This document shows, piece after piece, positions 17,749 to 26,873 of a stretch of DNA of 64,000 nucleotides (position 1 is the first letter of the stretch; every line of letters starts with the position of its first letter). The notes under the pieces are model-generated. The model searched no databases. It saw only the letters and a list, made by a program, of their open reading frames with translations, and had not been told where the DNA came from. The position numbers and the translations under genes were made by a program. Origin of the DNA: Candidatus Nealsonbacteria bacterium (GTDB lineage: Bacteria; Patescibacteriota; Minisyncoccia; Minisyncoccales; PWPS01); assembly GCA_003551425.1 (NCBI GenBank), contig PUMP01000059.1:1-64000 (forward strand). Direction: 5' to 3'.

Positions 17749-19562
17749 TCTTGCAGATCTTTTCCTTTCTCCTCTTTTATCCTTTCCAGTTCTTCCGGAG
17801 AAGATGTTATAATCTGGTCTTCCGTGTAAGATGCATTAATCTCGATAACCACCCTCTTTTGGCCGGCAAAAAAGATACCTTCTCCTATCTGTCCCTCTAA
17901 GAGAACAAATTTTTCTTCATCTGTGAGACTGAAAGTCTTTTGAACTTTGTCAATTACCGCGGATGACTGTTTAAGAAGTATTTTTAAAGCAGAGTTAGTG
18001 ACGATCGGCTTACCGTATTCGGACTTCATAAAGTCGGCGACATCTTGGGTTATGGTCGTAACCCCTAGCCAGTATTTCCTTGACCTTTTGACAAGGCCAA
18101 AGAGGAAAGACGCTCCGTCTTCGGTTTGCATCATCCACCAAGCTTCATCTACCACAAGGATACGTTTTTTTGTTGCGGAAGTCACTGCTTTCCATATGTA
18201 ACGCATGATAATGAACATTGCCATAGTTCTAAGCTCTTCCTCCAAATTTCTTATTCCAAAGACAGAAAGATTTCCTTCAAGCTTGACATTGGAGTATTGG
18301 TTGAAGAACTTTGCGTAAGTTCCTCTTGAAAACTTTCGAAGACGAAGAATAAGTGATCTTGTTCCTTCCATTGACTCTAAAACCTCTTCCAGGTCAGAAA
18401 AGAGAGGTACTTTTTCCTCCCAAGTATCGGGATCACTGTCTGCCGTTATGTCTTTTGCGGCGTAAGTTGCAATAATTGCTTGATCTATAATTGCGTCTTC
18501 TTCAGGAGTTAATCCCCCAAGCATAATCCTCAAGAGACCAACAAGATTAATCGTATTTGTCCTTAAAACCTCCTCTGCCGTTTCTCCTTCCTTGGGAACG
18601 GGGATATCAAAGGGATTTATGTGATTATCTGATCCGAGAGAGATATCGTAGAAAGAGCCTCCGGCTGCTTCAGCCAATGTTTTATATTCATTTTCCGGAT
18701 CAATAACAATTGCCTCTGTTCCCGTCATGAGCGACCTTAAAAGGGCTAACTTTACAAGATACGATTTTCCTGACCCCGCTGTGCCGAAGACTACTTCGTT
18801 GGGATTTTCAAGATCAAAACGGTCAAAAAGTACAAGAGAGTTGTTGTGCTTATTGATTCCGTATAAGATGCCGTCATTAGAGCTGAGCTCGGAAGAGATA
18901 AAGGGGAATATACTGGAAAGAGGCTCCGTGTTCATGGGGCTGTGAGTCTGAAGAACATCTCTTCCGTACGGAGAGGTGCTGATAAAGCCACTCTTTTGCT
19001 GGAAAAGCGCGGACTTGAGATAAACTACTTTAGATTCCAGAATTGATCTTAAGACAGTTTCCGTGTCTTCCAGGTCTTTTTCAGTCTCTCCATAGATGGT
19101 GATATAAAATCCAAACTGAAACATTCTTTCTTGCGCTGATTGAAGCCTGTTTCGCAAGTCTTCCAGGTCTTGGTGGGCTGTTTCTAGTGCAGGGTCACGA
19201 ACCATGCCCTTATCTTCATTCTCCATTATCTCTGCCTGTACTTCGGTAAGCTTCTTTCTTAGTTTTTTAAGGACTTGTGTTGTATCTACGGCGTGGATGA
19301 AGAACGCTATATCCATCGGAGCATTTAAGTTAATAATTGAAATTAGCCAGCCGCTTGTTAAATAGTGAGGATAAGAGAAAACGAAGAAAGAGCGAGAAGT
19401 CTTTTCTCCTATCTTAAGCTCTCCCTGTTTTTCTTCTATAAAAGAAGGAGCGATAATATCTTTTATCTCAAAGAAATCATCCTCCTCTTCTTCAGTAGAA
19501 GATTTCTTTTGGGGAATGTCGAGCCCAAACATCTTTTTAAAGTTTTCTATAAAGTTTGACAT
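17745..19562 (-). CDS. VirB4/TrbE/CagE-family type IV secretion ATPase (ATPase moiety; C-terminal ~600 aa of a split VirB4)
   Basis: Walker A 'GTAGSGKSYLVK', Walker B 'RILVVDEAWWMM' and a C-terminal 'GVTTITQDVADF' helicase-like motif. The overall organisation matches Gram-positive VirB4 (PrgJ/TcpF-like). Confidence 0.75.
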   Translation of the reverse strand: MSNFIENFKKMFGLDIPQKKSSTEEEEDDFFEIKDIIAPSFIEEKQGELKIGEKTSRSFFVFSYPHYLTSGWLISIINLNAPMDIAFFIHAVDTTQVLKKLRKKLTEVQAEIMENEDKGMVRDPALETAHQDLEDLRNRLQSAQERMFQFGFYITIYGETEKDLEDTETVLRSILESKVVYLKSALFQQKSGFISTSPYGRDVLQTHSPMNTEPLSSIFPFISSELSSNDGILYGINKHNNSLVLFDRFDLENPNEVVFGTAGSGKSYLVKLALLRSLMTGTEAIVIDPENEYKTLAEAAGGSFYDISLGSDNHINPFDIPVPKEGETAEEVLRTNTINLVGLLRIMLGGLTPEEDAIIDQAIIATYAAKDITADSDPDTWEEKVPLFSDLEEVLESMEGTRSLILRLRKFSRGTYAKFFNQYSNVKLEGNLSVFGIRNLEEELRTMAMFIIMRYIWKAVTSATKKRILVVDEAWWMMQTEDGASFLFGLVKRSRKYWLGVTTITQDVADFMKSEYGKPIVTNSALKILLKQSSAVIDKVQKTFSLTDEEKFVLLEGQIGEGIFFAGQKRVVIEINASYTEDQIITSSPEELERIKEEKGKDLQD

Positions 19563-19563
19563 T

Positions 19564-20193
19564 TTACATAATAAGTTCTTCCGGTATTTCCGGGAAGTAC
19601 CCCTTTTCCGCTTGTTTTGGATGGTGCATGCTCCAAAGCAACTCTATGAGCTCGGAAGAAGTAAGCGGAACGGAGTGAAGGCTGCACCTGCGAAGCCCCA
19701 AAGCCACAAACTCCATTCTTTGGTATAACTGATCTCTTGATCTTTTAAAAACTTCTTCGGAAAGAGTTCCTTTGCGTGATGCTACAACGTCACGGGTTGA
19801 AGTCTTTGTTTCACCGACACTGTAAGGGACAACAACGAAGAAATTCTTGCTATAGACATCTTCTTTTCTTACAAACTCTTCCAAAAAGTCTATATATCCC
19901 GCTGTTTGGTGCCGTAAAAGATCATTAGTCTGTTCTTTCTTGAGCTCTTTAATTTTATCTATATATCCTCTGATATTGGTTCTCCTGGACTGAACCACAA
20001 TTTGTAAATAAAAATCCAAAGAGTTTAAAAAGGCTTGGAAGTGATAGATGATTGCCTTTTGCTCTTCTTCGGACTTTAAGACGAAGTTTATCGATGAAAT
20101 CATTAAGATTCCCCGTAACTGATTGTTTTTTAGAACAATCAACCCTTCTCTTATTTGCTTTATTTCAAGTAACTCTTGTGTGCTTAAAGGCAT
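19564..20193 (-). CDS. Probable N-terminal domain of VirB4 encoded as a separate ORF (stop TAA, 1 nt, then ATG of the ATPase ORF)
   Basis: Its 209 aa plus the 605 aa of the next ORF equal the ~800 aa of a full VirB4. 'INFVLKSEEEQKAIIYHFQAFLNSLDFYLQIVVQSRR' resembles the CagE_TrbE_VirB N-terminal region. The junction reads ATTATGTAAAATGTCA. Confidence 0.4.
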   Translation of the reverse strand: MPLSTQELLEIKQIREGLIVLKNNQLRGILMISSINFVLKSEEEQKAIIYHFQAFLNSLDFYLQIVVQSRRTNIRGYIDKIKELKKEQTNDLLRHQTAGYIDFLEEFVRKEDVYSKNFFVVVPYSVGETKTSTRDVVASRKGTLSEEVFKRSRDQLYQRMEFVALGLRRCSLHSVPLTSSELIELLWSMHHPKQAEKGYFPEIPEELIM

Positions 20194-20195
20194 AT

Positions 20196-20621
20196 TTAAA
20201 ATGTTTCAATACGTGAGCTCACCTTGCCGAGCCTACTGCCTTTTTTTAATTTTTTCTCTTCCTCCCTTTCTTCTGTTTTTTTCTTCTTTGGGAGAGACCT
20301 CTTCTTTCTTTCTGTAGATATTTTAACCGGTTTTTCTTTTTTTTCCCATACATACTCTTTTGAAGCTGTAGAGAAAGCAATATAGTTTTTAATGTAGTTA
20401 GAAAGAGGCATTTCGTTAATTTTTAAAAAAGCCAAAGCGACTCCTCCTGTAGCCACAAAGGCGGAAATGAAAAAGAAAAGGAGCAAACTTACTTCTCTTA
20501 ATATAAGATAAAGGAAAAAGATAATAAAAGCCGCGATTCCAAGCGGGATAATTTGTTGGAAAGTAGCAGGGCCCACTATTTTTGCCTCATGCTCAATATT
20601 CCTTGGCACTTTATATCTCAT
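20196..20621 (-). CDS. Small two-TM membrane protein, VirB3/PrgI-like T4SS component
   Basis: 141 aa with two adjacent TM helices after an N-terminal 'KVPRNIEHEAKIVGPATFQQ'. It sits immediately upstream of VirB4 as VirB3 does, and has a lysine-rich C-terminal tail. Confidence 0.4.
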   Translation of the reverse strand: MRYKVPRNIEHEAKIVGPATFQQIIPLGIAAFIIFFLYLILREVSLLLFFFISAFVATGGVALAFLKINEMPLSNYIKNYIAFSTASKEYVWEKKEKPVKISTERKKRSLPKKKKTEEREEEKKLKKGSRLGKVSSRIETF

Positions 20622-20749
20622 ATGATCATTTTAGCACAAAGGTAATCCAAGTAAAGAGGGAGGGTGAAGCTTGACAAATCTGCCATTTCATGATAGAAAA
20701 AAAGCGGAGTATGCACACTACAAAATTGTTATATAAGGAGGTTTTTAAA

Positions 20750-21991
20750 ATGATATGGTGGATTCTTTTTGTACTGTTGTTGGTAGGAATCTTTCTCCTC
20801 TCTTTCTATTCTCTCCGGTATTCTTTTGGAAAGGTGGAAGAAGGGACGACCAGGGTTATTATGAGCCTTGGGCAGTTTGATAACATCAAAATGGTCTGGA
20901 GGGGCCATTTTATGGATGAAGACTTTAACATTCTAAGAGAAGAAGAGGACGATGGAAGAAGAAGAAAAAAGATATCTGGTCGAATTTTTGGCGGATTCTT
21001 CTTTATGGGGCTTTATCCTTTTAAGAAGATCCATAGCTATTCTATTACGTGGAGTAGTAGCCATGGTCGAAAAGAAGGAAAAGCTGGGATAAGTGAAGAA
21101 TTCAAGAAGATAAACCTCAAGCCCGAGGTTTATAGGTCGCTGGTAGAGAACGCTGAGACAAAAGAAAGGGTGCAATGCAAGGTTGAATACCTTGTGACTC
21201 TCAGAATTAATAATCCCTACAGATTTTTATTCGTTAGCCCTGATAACTCCCTAGAAGAAGCGTTGTCCCAAATAGATACACTGATACGTGACCTGGTTGG
21301 AAGTTATTCCTTTGAGAAGCTGTATACGCTTGAAAGACAGAAGATTTGGGAAAAAGTAAAAGACAGGAAGCTGTTACGAGTGTCCCAGCAAGATCCGGGG
21401 ACGCTTCAAAAGTGGGGAATAGGAGTAGCGAAAGAGGGGATTACCTTTATAGAGGTCTCCCCCATGGACAAGAGAATTACCGAAGCTCTTGCAGAGGAGC
21501 AAAAAGAAGACTTCGAGGCGAAAGGAGCCTCGAAAAGGATAGCAAAGAAAGTAGTATATATGATGGCAGAAGGTGCTGGCAAGACTCCTAAGCAAATCGC
21601 AAGAGATATAGAAAGCGATGCCGAGACGAGAAATAAGTTCTTTTCTTGGTGTCAAGAAATGGTAAGGAAAGATCTTGCCATGAGATCCGGTAGTTATATT
21701 AATGTTGACGTGGAAAGTGGAGGCGAGCTGGAGAAAACAATTCTTAATACAATTGCGGGCTTTCTGAGAATGCCACAGGGTCCGCAAGGAAAAGGAAATG
21801 AGCAAGGAGGCGTAGAAAAAGAAGAGAAGAAAAAGCCTAAGAATGATGTCGATGCAGACGAAGATGAAATAGATGAAGAAGAGCAAGAAAACGAAGAAAG
21901 CAACAAAGAAGAAGAGGGCTCCGAGGTTTCATACAGCCCGGAACTTATGAAAAGAAATAGAGAGAGAATACTAAAAGAACAGGGCCGTTAA
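20750..21991 (+). CDS. SPFH/band-7 (stomatin/prohibitin-like) membrane protein with an acidic C-terminal tail. The start was set at the ATG preceded by GGAGG.
   Basis: N-terminal TM 'IWWILFVLLLVGIFLL'. 'GTTRVIMSLGQF', 'KVEYLVTLRINNPYRF' and 'WGIGVAKEGITFIEVSPMDKRITEALAEEQKE' fit the SPFH fold pattern. A D/E-rich tail follows. Confidence 0.5.
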   Translation: MIWWILFVLLLVGIFLLSFYSLRYSFGKVEEGTTRVIMSLGQFDNIKMVWRGHFMDEDFNILREEEDDGRRRKKISGRIFGGFFFMGLYPFKKIHSYSITWSSSHGRKEGKAGISEEFKKINLKPEVYRSLVENAETKERVQCKVEYLVTLRINNPYRFLFVSPDNSLEEALSQIDTLIRDLVGSYSFEKLYTLERQKIWEKVKDRKLLRVSQQDPGTLQKWGIGVAKEGITFIEVSPMDKRITEALAEEQKEDFEAKGASKRIAKKVVYMMAEGAGKTPKQIARDIESDAETRNKFFSWCQEMVRKDLAMRSGSYINVDVESGGELEKTILNTIAGFLRMPQGPQGKGNEQGGVEKEEKKKPKNDVDADEDEIDEEEQENEESNKEEEGSEVSYSPELMKRNRERILKEQGR

Positions 21992-22016
21992 CCCCTTATA
22001 ACAATTCAACTTTAAA

Positions 22017-22044
22017 GGCCGACAATCACTGTCGGTCTTCTTCA
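22017..22044. terminator. Hairpin ccgaca-atcac-tgtcgg followed by a T-rich tract, a candidate bidirectional terminator
   Basis: A perfect inverted repeat lies between the convergent SPFH gene and the 22059-22469 gene. Confidence 0.5.
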
Positions 22045-22058
22045 TGGACAAGAAAGAG

Positions 22059-22469
22059 TTAAGTTATGGGCTCTCTGTAAGGATCGCTACTCCTTTTCTC
22101 TGTTGCTTTCTTCCTCTTAGGGAGAGACTTTTTCTTTTCTTTAACATGAGGAGAGGAGATGTGCGGCAATACTTTTGAGCTTAACGTTCTTTTAATTTTT
22201 CGCGCTCTTTCTTCACTTACTTCTAACTTCTTAACAAAATAAGAAACCATATCTTCTTTCTTTAACTTTCCATGAGCGTAATCGGATACGGCTTTAGAAA
22301 TAATTCCTCCGGGAGAAGAAGCCATTATTTTCTTTCTTTCTTCTTTCTCTTCGCACTTAACCCATTTTTGAAAAGACTTGTCTTGCTTAGACTTTAATTT
22401 CTTGCTTTTTTCAACAATCTCTTTAATTATTTCTGCGACGTTTTGAGGATAAGTTATTTTTTCACTCAT
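22059..22469 (-). CDS. Hypothetical small basic protein (K-rich, 136 aa) within the T4SS-like locus
   Basis: Reasonable ORF in an operon-like array, with no recognisable motifs. Confidence 0.4.
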   Translation of the reverse strand: MSEKITYPQNVAEIIKEIVEKSKKLKSKQDKSFQKWVKCEEKEERKKIMASSPGGIISKAVSDYAHGKLKKEDMVSYFVKKLEVSEERARKIKRTLSSKVLPHISSPHVKEKKKSLPKRKKATEKRSSDPYREPIT

Positions 22470-22479
22470 ATGAAATTAA

Positions 22480-24699
22480 TTAATCATCTCTTAGTTCTTC
22501 AGCTTCTATATATGCAGGATGAGCTGTGATAATGTTAAAGTTATGTCTTCTTTGCCTGCGTGCCTCTTCGGGGAAGTCATTAAATGTTTCTATAAGATTC
22601 CTTAATCCCTTATAATTATATTCTGCTACTGCTTGGATGCTGCGAGAATTCTGAGTAAGAGCGTCAGCAACGGCTTCGTTTCTGTAAGCGGAAGGAATCA
22701 TGTTTCTTTGTTCTCCGGGGCTCATATTTAGCACCAGATTAACATCATCTCTGTATCGATCGTCTAATCGCCTTTCCAGTTCTGTTTGAATTATTCTGTT
22801 TCTTTCCTCTTCAGATTGCCCTTGCCTCTTCGGGGTTTCTCGCGCAACATCTTCCCAGGTAGGTTGTTCTTCTGCGTGCGGGGCTATTTTTTTGTATTGA
22901 CTTATTTGATTATTTACATTTCTTAGTGCGTTTGCTTGGCTTCTTTGCCTTCTATTCATCTCTCTTTGAATTCTATCATTGTAATCGGCATTTGATTCTC
23001 CTGTATTTTGTGGAAAATCTCCTTGTACCGCTCCCCTGGTGATGTTTTCTTGAGATGCTTCAACTTCCCTTCTTTTCCTTTGTAATTTCTCTATTTCGTC
23101 TCCAATAGCTAATCTAGCTGCATTCTCTTGATATTTATCACCGGTATCAGCAATTTTTTTCAAATCACCAGCCTTTCCCCCGGCCCTTCTTATTTGATCC
23201 GGTCTTTGGAACTCTGACGGGGTTTTCTTTGCCTCTTCTTCGGCTTCACTTTTTCTTCTTTTTGCCCACCTGGCAAGAGATGGTGCTGCTAATTTTGCTA
23301 TCGGCATCTTTCTCATTCGTTCCGCCATGTTTTCTACACCTTCCGGCACATTGGCTCTTTCTTGTGATCCCTTAGGAACAAAGCTATGCTTGAAAGCTCG
23401 TCCTGCAGTTCCGCTAATTGAAGCACCAAATGTTTTGGCCTGGCTTATTGCGGCATCTACTCCTGCCGGTATAAACTTCTTTCCGAAAAAGAGAATTGTA
23501 ATGAAGTAAATTAAAAGAATGACGTAATAAACAATCCCGCTATCCAGGAAGATTCGTGATATGCCAACAACCCACCCTGTCTCTCCTAGCTCTGCTTCTC
23601 TAATAGAGCCTTCAAGAACATCCACCATTCCTACCATATTAAATCCCAAGATAAGCAGAAAGGCGAAAACGATACCAGCAAAGAGCCACTGCAAAAGGCT
23701 TCTTAGCCATAACTCAAAATAGCCGTAGATCTTTGTGCCGGGAAAAATCAAACAGATGAAGGCAAGAGGAGCAATAACCGCAAGTATTTGTATGATAAAG
23801 ATTCTTACAACGAAAATCACAAAGAAGAGAAAGAAAGCGCCGGCAAGAAGCATGTTTATCAGTCCCTGAACAAACATTGATAATATCTCACCAAACCAGA
23901 TGAATCCGGCTGCTATAACCGCAAATTGCACCGCTACGGATAAATAAGGGATTAGCATTGCTAAGGAAAATACCCCTAGAGCAACCGCAAATCCAATTAT
24001 TTGTTCTGTTGTACCGGTAAAAAGCGTGTCCATTGATGCAGTAACAAGGTTTGTTGCTTCTTGGGGACCGTCTCTTTCACAGCAACACGGTTCTTCTCCT
24101 TCGCAGAATTGGGGATCTCCAGGGACTGTCCCTGACGGGCACACGCCTTCTCCCGGATAAAATTCTATATGTGTACAATCGGGCTCTATTACAAGTTGCT
24201 CTGAAATAGTGCTAAAGAAAACATTTGAGACATCAATTCCCATTCCTACAAAAACCAAAGAGAAGTTTATAAGCAAGGCGACGCCGATTAGCCTGGGGAA
24301 TGCTTTCTTAAGCCCAAGATTGTCAAACTTTAATATGATAGAGATAGCGATAATAACAAACGCTATGATAAGCAGCATATTAGAGATACCGAGAACAAAC
24401 TCCCATCCTACCTCTATAATTCGATGATCCAAGGTAAGCACCTCCGGTGTGGCTGTAATAATTGACACCAAGTATTCGGTAGCCATCTTTAAGAGCCCGA
24501 AAGAGAGAATTAAAAACAAGAACAAAAATATTGCCAGAGCCAGAATTGGTCCCACTGCTTCAGATAGCCCTTCAAGCTGTTTGTGCCCAAGGTCAAAGAC
24601 AAAGCCATCCGTTATTTTTGGCAATAAAAGAAATAATAGAAAAATAAAGGCAGAAGAGAGCAGCTTTAGCTTTGACTTATATTTTTCCTTTAAAAACAT
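22480..24699 (-). CDS. Polytopic membrane protein, VirB6/TrbL-like, with a Cys-rich extracytoplasmic insert and a long charged C-terminal extension
   Basis: About 10 predicted TM helices in the first 420 aa, a Cys cluster 'GEGVCPSGTVPGDPQFCEGEEPCCCERDG', and a ~300 aa hydrophilic R/E/Q-rich tail. This architecture is typical of VirB6/TrbL/PrgH-like mating-channel proteins. Confidence 0.45.
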   Translation of the reverse strand: MFLKEKYKSKLKLLSSAFIFLLFLLLPKITDGFVFDLGHKQLEGLSEAVGPILALAIFLFLFLILSFGLLKMATEYLVSIITATPEVLTLDHRIIEVGWEFVLGISNMLLIIAFVIIAISIILKFDNLGLKKAFPRLIGVALLINFSLVFVGMGIDVSNVFFSTISEQLVIEPDCTHIEFYPGEGVCPSGTVPGDPQFCEGEEPCCCERDGPQEATNLVTASMDTLFTGTTEQIIGFAVALGVFSLAMLIPYLSVAVQFAVIAAGFIWFGEILSMFVQGLINMLLAGAFFLFFVIFVVRIFIIQILAVIAPLAFICLIFPGTKIYGYFELWLRSLLQWLFAGIVFAFLLILGFNMVGMVDVLEGSIREAELGETGWVVGISRIFLDSGIVYYVILLIYFITILFFGKKFIPAGVDAAISQAKTFGASISGTAGRAFKHSFVPKGSQERANVPEGVENMAERMRKMPIAKLAAPSLARWAKRRKSEAEEEAKKTPSEFQRPDQIRRAGGKAGDLKKIADTGDKYQENAARLAIGDEIEKLQRKRREVEASQENITRGAVQGDFPQNTGESNADYNDRIQREMNRRQRSQANALRNVNNQISQYKKIAPHAEEQPTWEDVARETPKRQGQSEEERNRIIQTELERRLDDRYRDDVNLVLNMSPGEQRNMIPSAYRNEAVADALTQNSRSIQAVAEYNYKGLRNLIETFNDFPEEARRQRRHNFNIITAHPAYIEAEELRDD

Positions 24700-24721
24700 T
24701 TATCTTTAATTATTCTTTATT

Positions 24722-26173
24722 TTATTCCCACCAACCTTCTTCGCATGAATATAGTCCCCACAAACCTTCCCAGCAGACATTAATTGTTACATCTTCGGTC
24801 ATTTCAATGTTAGGGATATATCCATCGTTAATAGCGGGATCTCCTTCTTTTGACCATTCGAAAGTTGTTCCCCACCATTCGGAGCCAACCTCATGAAGTG
24901 CTACAATATTACGGTGTTCCGGAATCTCTGTGCGGCATCTATTTCTAGCTTCCACGAACCCGCAATCAATGTACCCATGATGAGGGGGGCGGTGCTTTGT
25001 CTCTATTCTCATAATGTCAAGCTCGATACCCCAGTCATCTTCATCTGCTTCTCCAATATGGCCCCGATAAGGGTTAATGGTCAGAGTAAATGTCTCTATG
25101 CCGTCGGGAAGATCCAGTGGTCCGGAGTAGCACCGATTAGGAGAGCTGTCTCTGCAATAGGTGCGAGAAATCTCTACGGCACCTTCCTCCGGGTCTGTTG
25201 TTCCTATTGCCTCTCTTTCTTGTCTTCTTTCAATCTCCATGCAATCTATTGATCTTCCAAATCCGAAAATTCCTTCCTCCAGATCAACCGTAGGTATTGA
25301 GCCGCGGCTTAATTTTTCACCACAAGCGACTTCTGGAGCTCCAATCTCCCACCAGTTTGCTGTTGCTTCATAAAGATCGGCTATGGAAGTTCCTCCTTCT
25401 TTATATAAGCCCCTGGGGTCCGGTCTCATTTTCTCACCGGGACCAAACCTTTCCGCCTGATGGCTGCCAATTCCTATTATATCTCCTCCTTGCCCCATTG
25501 TTTGTTCTATTTCTACCGGAGGACTATATCTCTGATACCCAAGAGATATGCCGTCTTCTAGTTGTTTCATTTCATCCGGCGGTATTGCCGTATATCCCTT
25601 TACCGATTTTGGAGAATGATCTTCGTGTATTTCATCGGCTTCTAGTTGTATGTTGTATATATCCTTGTTTCTTATATAAACCGTGGCAATGTGATCTTCA
25701 TGGTTTTTCTTGGCGTAAAACTCCATAATATCAACGGGTTCTCCTTCAAGGTCTGCGAGACTTAGATCGGAAATATAGACTTCGTCATGAATGCTAAAAG
25801 TTACGGGAGAGATTCTTACCAGTTCGGGGTTTATCATGCTTAATATTACCCAAGAAGATAAAAGCAATACTAGCCCTATTACTGCGGACTGGATTCTTGA
25901 CAAAGCATCTTGCATCACGGCGGGCTTTCCGGCAGAGATTGTGTATTGAAATCCGGAGAATACCAGGATGCCAAATACCAGCAATATGCCGATAATAATT
26001 CCCCACTCGTAAAAGTATGCGATAAGTTCGTGAAGTGGCATATCGCGCCGGAACTCTATGGTGGGAGAGTCTGGCCAAGCAACTTCCGTATTGGCAATAG
26101 CCACGGAGAAAGACGCAAAAAATAAAAAGAGAGAAGAAAAAAGCGTTTTTAAATTAAGTATTTCTTTTTTCAT
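24722..26173 (-). CDS. Secreted/membrane protein with an N-terminal signal peptide plus a two-helix pilin-like module, followed by a ~380 aa Cys/His/Trp-rich extracellular domain
   Basis: The signal peptide is followed by 'HELIAYFYEWGIIIGILLVFGILVFSGFQY...AVIGLVLLLSSWVILSMINP'. This two-helix module is similar to the C-terminal modules of the 26874-29972 and 41710-42222 proteins. Confidence 0.5.
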   Translation of the reverse strand: MKKEILNLKTLFSSLFLFFASFSVAIANTEVAWPDSPTIEFRRDMPLHELIAYFYEWGIIIGILLVFGILVFSGFQYTISAGKPAVMQDALSRIQSAVIGLVLLLSSWVILSMINPELVRISPVTFSIHDEVYISDLSLADLEGEPVDIMEFYAKKNHEDHIATVYIRNKDIYNIQLEADEIHEDHSPKSVKGYTAIPPDEMKQLEDGISLGYQRYSPPVEIEQTMGQGGDIIGIGSHQAERFGPGEKMRPDPRGLYKEGGTSIADLYEATANWWEIGAPEVACGEKLSRGSIPTVDLEEGIFGFGRSIDCMEIERRQEREAIGTTDPEEGAVEISRTYCRDSSPNRCYSGPLDLPDGIETFTLTINPYRGHIGEADEDDWGIELDIMRIETKHRPPHHGYIDCGFVEARNRCRTEIPEHRNIVALHEVGSEWWGTTFEWSKEGDPAINDGYIPNIEMTEDVTINVCWEGLWGLYSCEEGWWE

Positions 26174-26865
26174 GCTTCGTTTTCTGTTTTAATCTCTATG
26201 GAATCCATTATATGGTTTACTTGTTCAGAAAAATCTTCCCAAAGACTGGAGATTATGAAAACGGAAACCATGTATCTTTCGTTATCAATATGTATTATTT
26301 GTTCTTTTGCTCGAACCTCTCCTATCGGGCTTTTATACTTTGTTTTAAATATTTTTCCATGTTTTGTTTCTTCTTCTTCCAAAATCTCACGGGAAGTATC
26401 TTTCACAAAAATATCTTCCGTTTTTTTCAATAAATCACCTTCTTCCGCACCATCTTCTCTTAAAACAGTCATTCCCGCCTTTGCCTCAAAAGGCCCTACA
26501 AGAAAAGAGGTAAAAAGGATTTCAATGTTCTCCTGATCCAAGTCTTCTATATCTTCTACAGATTCCCAGTGCGAAGGGTATGCTACTCTTATTTTGTCAT
26601 TTGGCCCTGTAAATTCTTCATATTCTATCTCTTCGGCGCTTTTTAGTTCTTCGTTATTTAGGCTTCGATATTCATCCAGATAATCTCCGCTAATAATGTC
26701 TTCCATGGAAGGAAGAGAATATTCCGAAGTGGCTATTTCTCTTTCCGGAAACCTGGGGTGAGTAACGCCCTCTTTATTCCCGGTTTGCTGGCTGTGAAAA
26801 TAGGTAGAAAGAACCAGGAAAGCTATCATCAAGAAGCTTATTATAACTATTTTTTTATCCGACAT
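26170..26865 (-). CDS. Hypothetical N-terminally membrane-anchored acidic protein
   Basis: N-terminal TM 'IVIISFLMIAFLVLSTYF'. It is co-directional and overlaps its neighbours by 4 nt. Confidence 0.4.
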   Translation of the reverse strand: MSDKKIVIISFLMIAFLVLSTYFHSQQTGNKEGVTHPRFPEREIATSEYSLPSMEDIISGDYLDEYRSLNNEELKSAEEIEYEEFTGPNDKIRVAYPSHWESVEDIEDLDQENIEILFTSFLVGPFEAKAGMTVLREDGAEEGDLLKKTEDIFVKDTSREILEEEETKHGKIFKTKYKSPIGEVRAKEQIIHIDNERYMVSVFIISSLWEDFSEQVNHIMDSIEIKTENEA

Positions 26866-26873
26866 TTTTATGA

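Noticed and set aside
20690-20749. Upstream in-frame start for the SPFH gene (MIEKKRSMHTTKLLYKEVFK)
   Set aside because: The ATG at 20750 is preceded by a canonical GGAGG at the right spacing and begins directly with the TM helix. The upstream start has no RBS.
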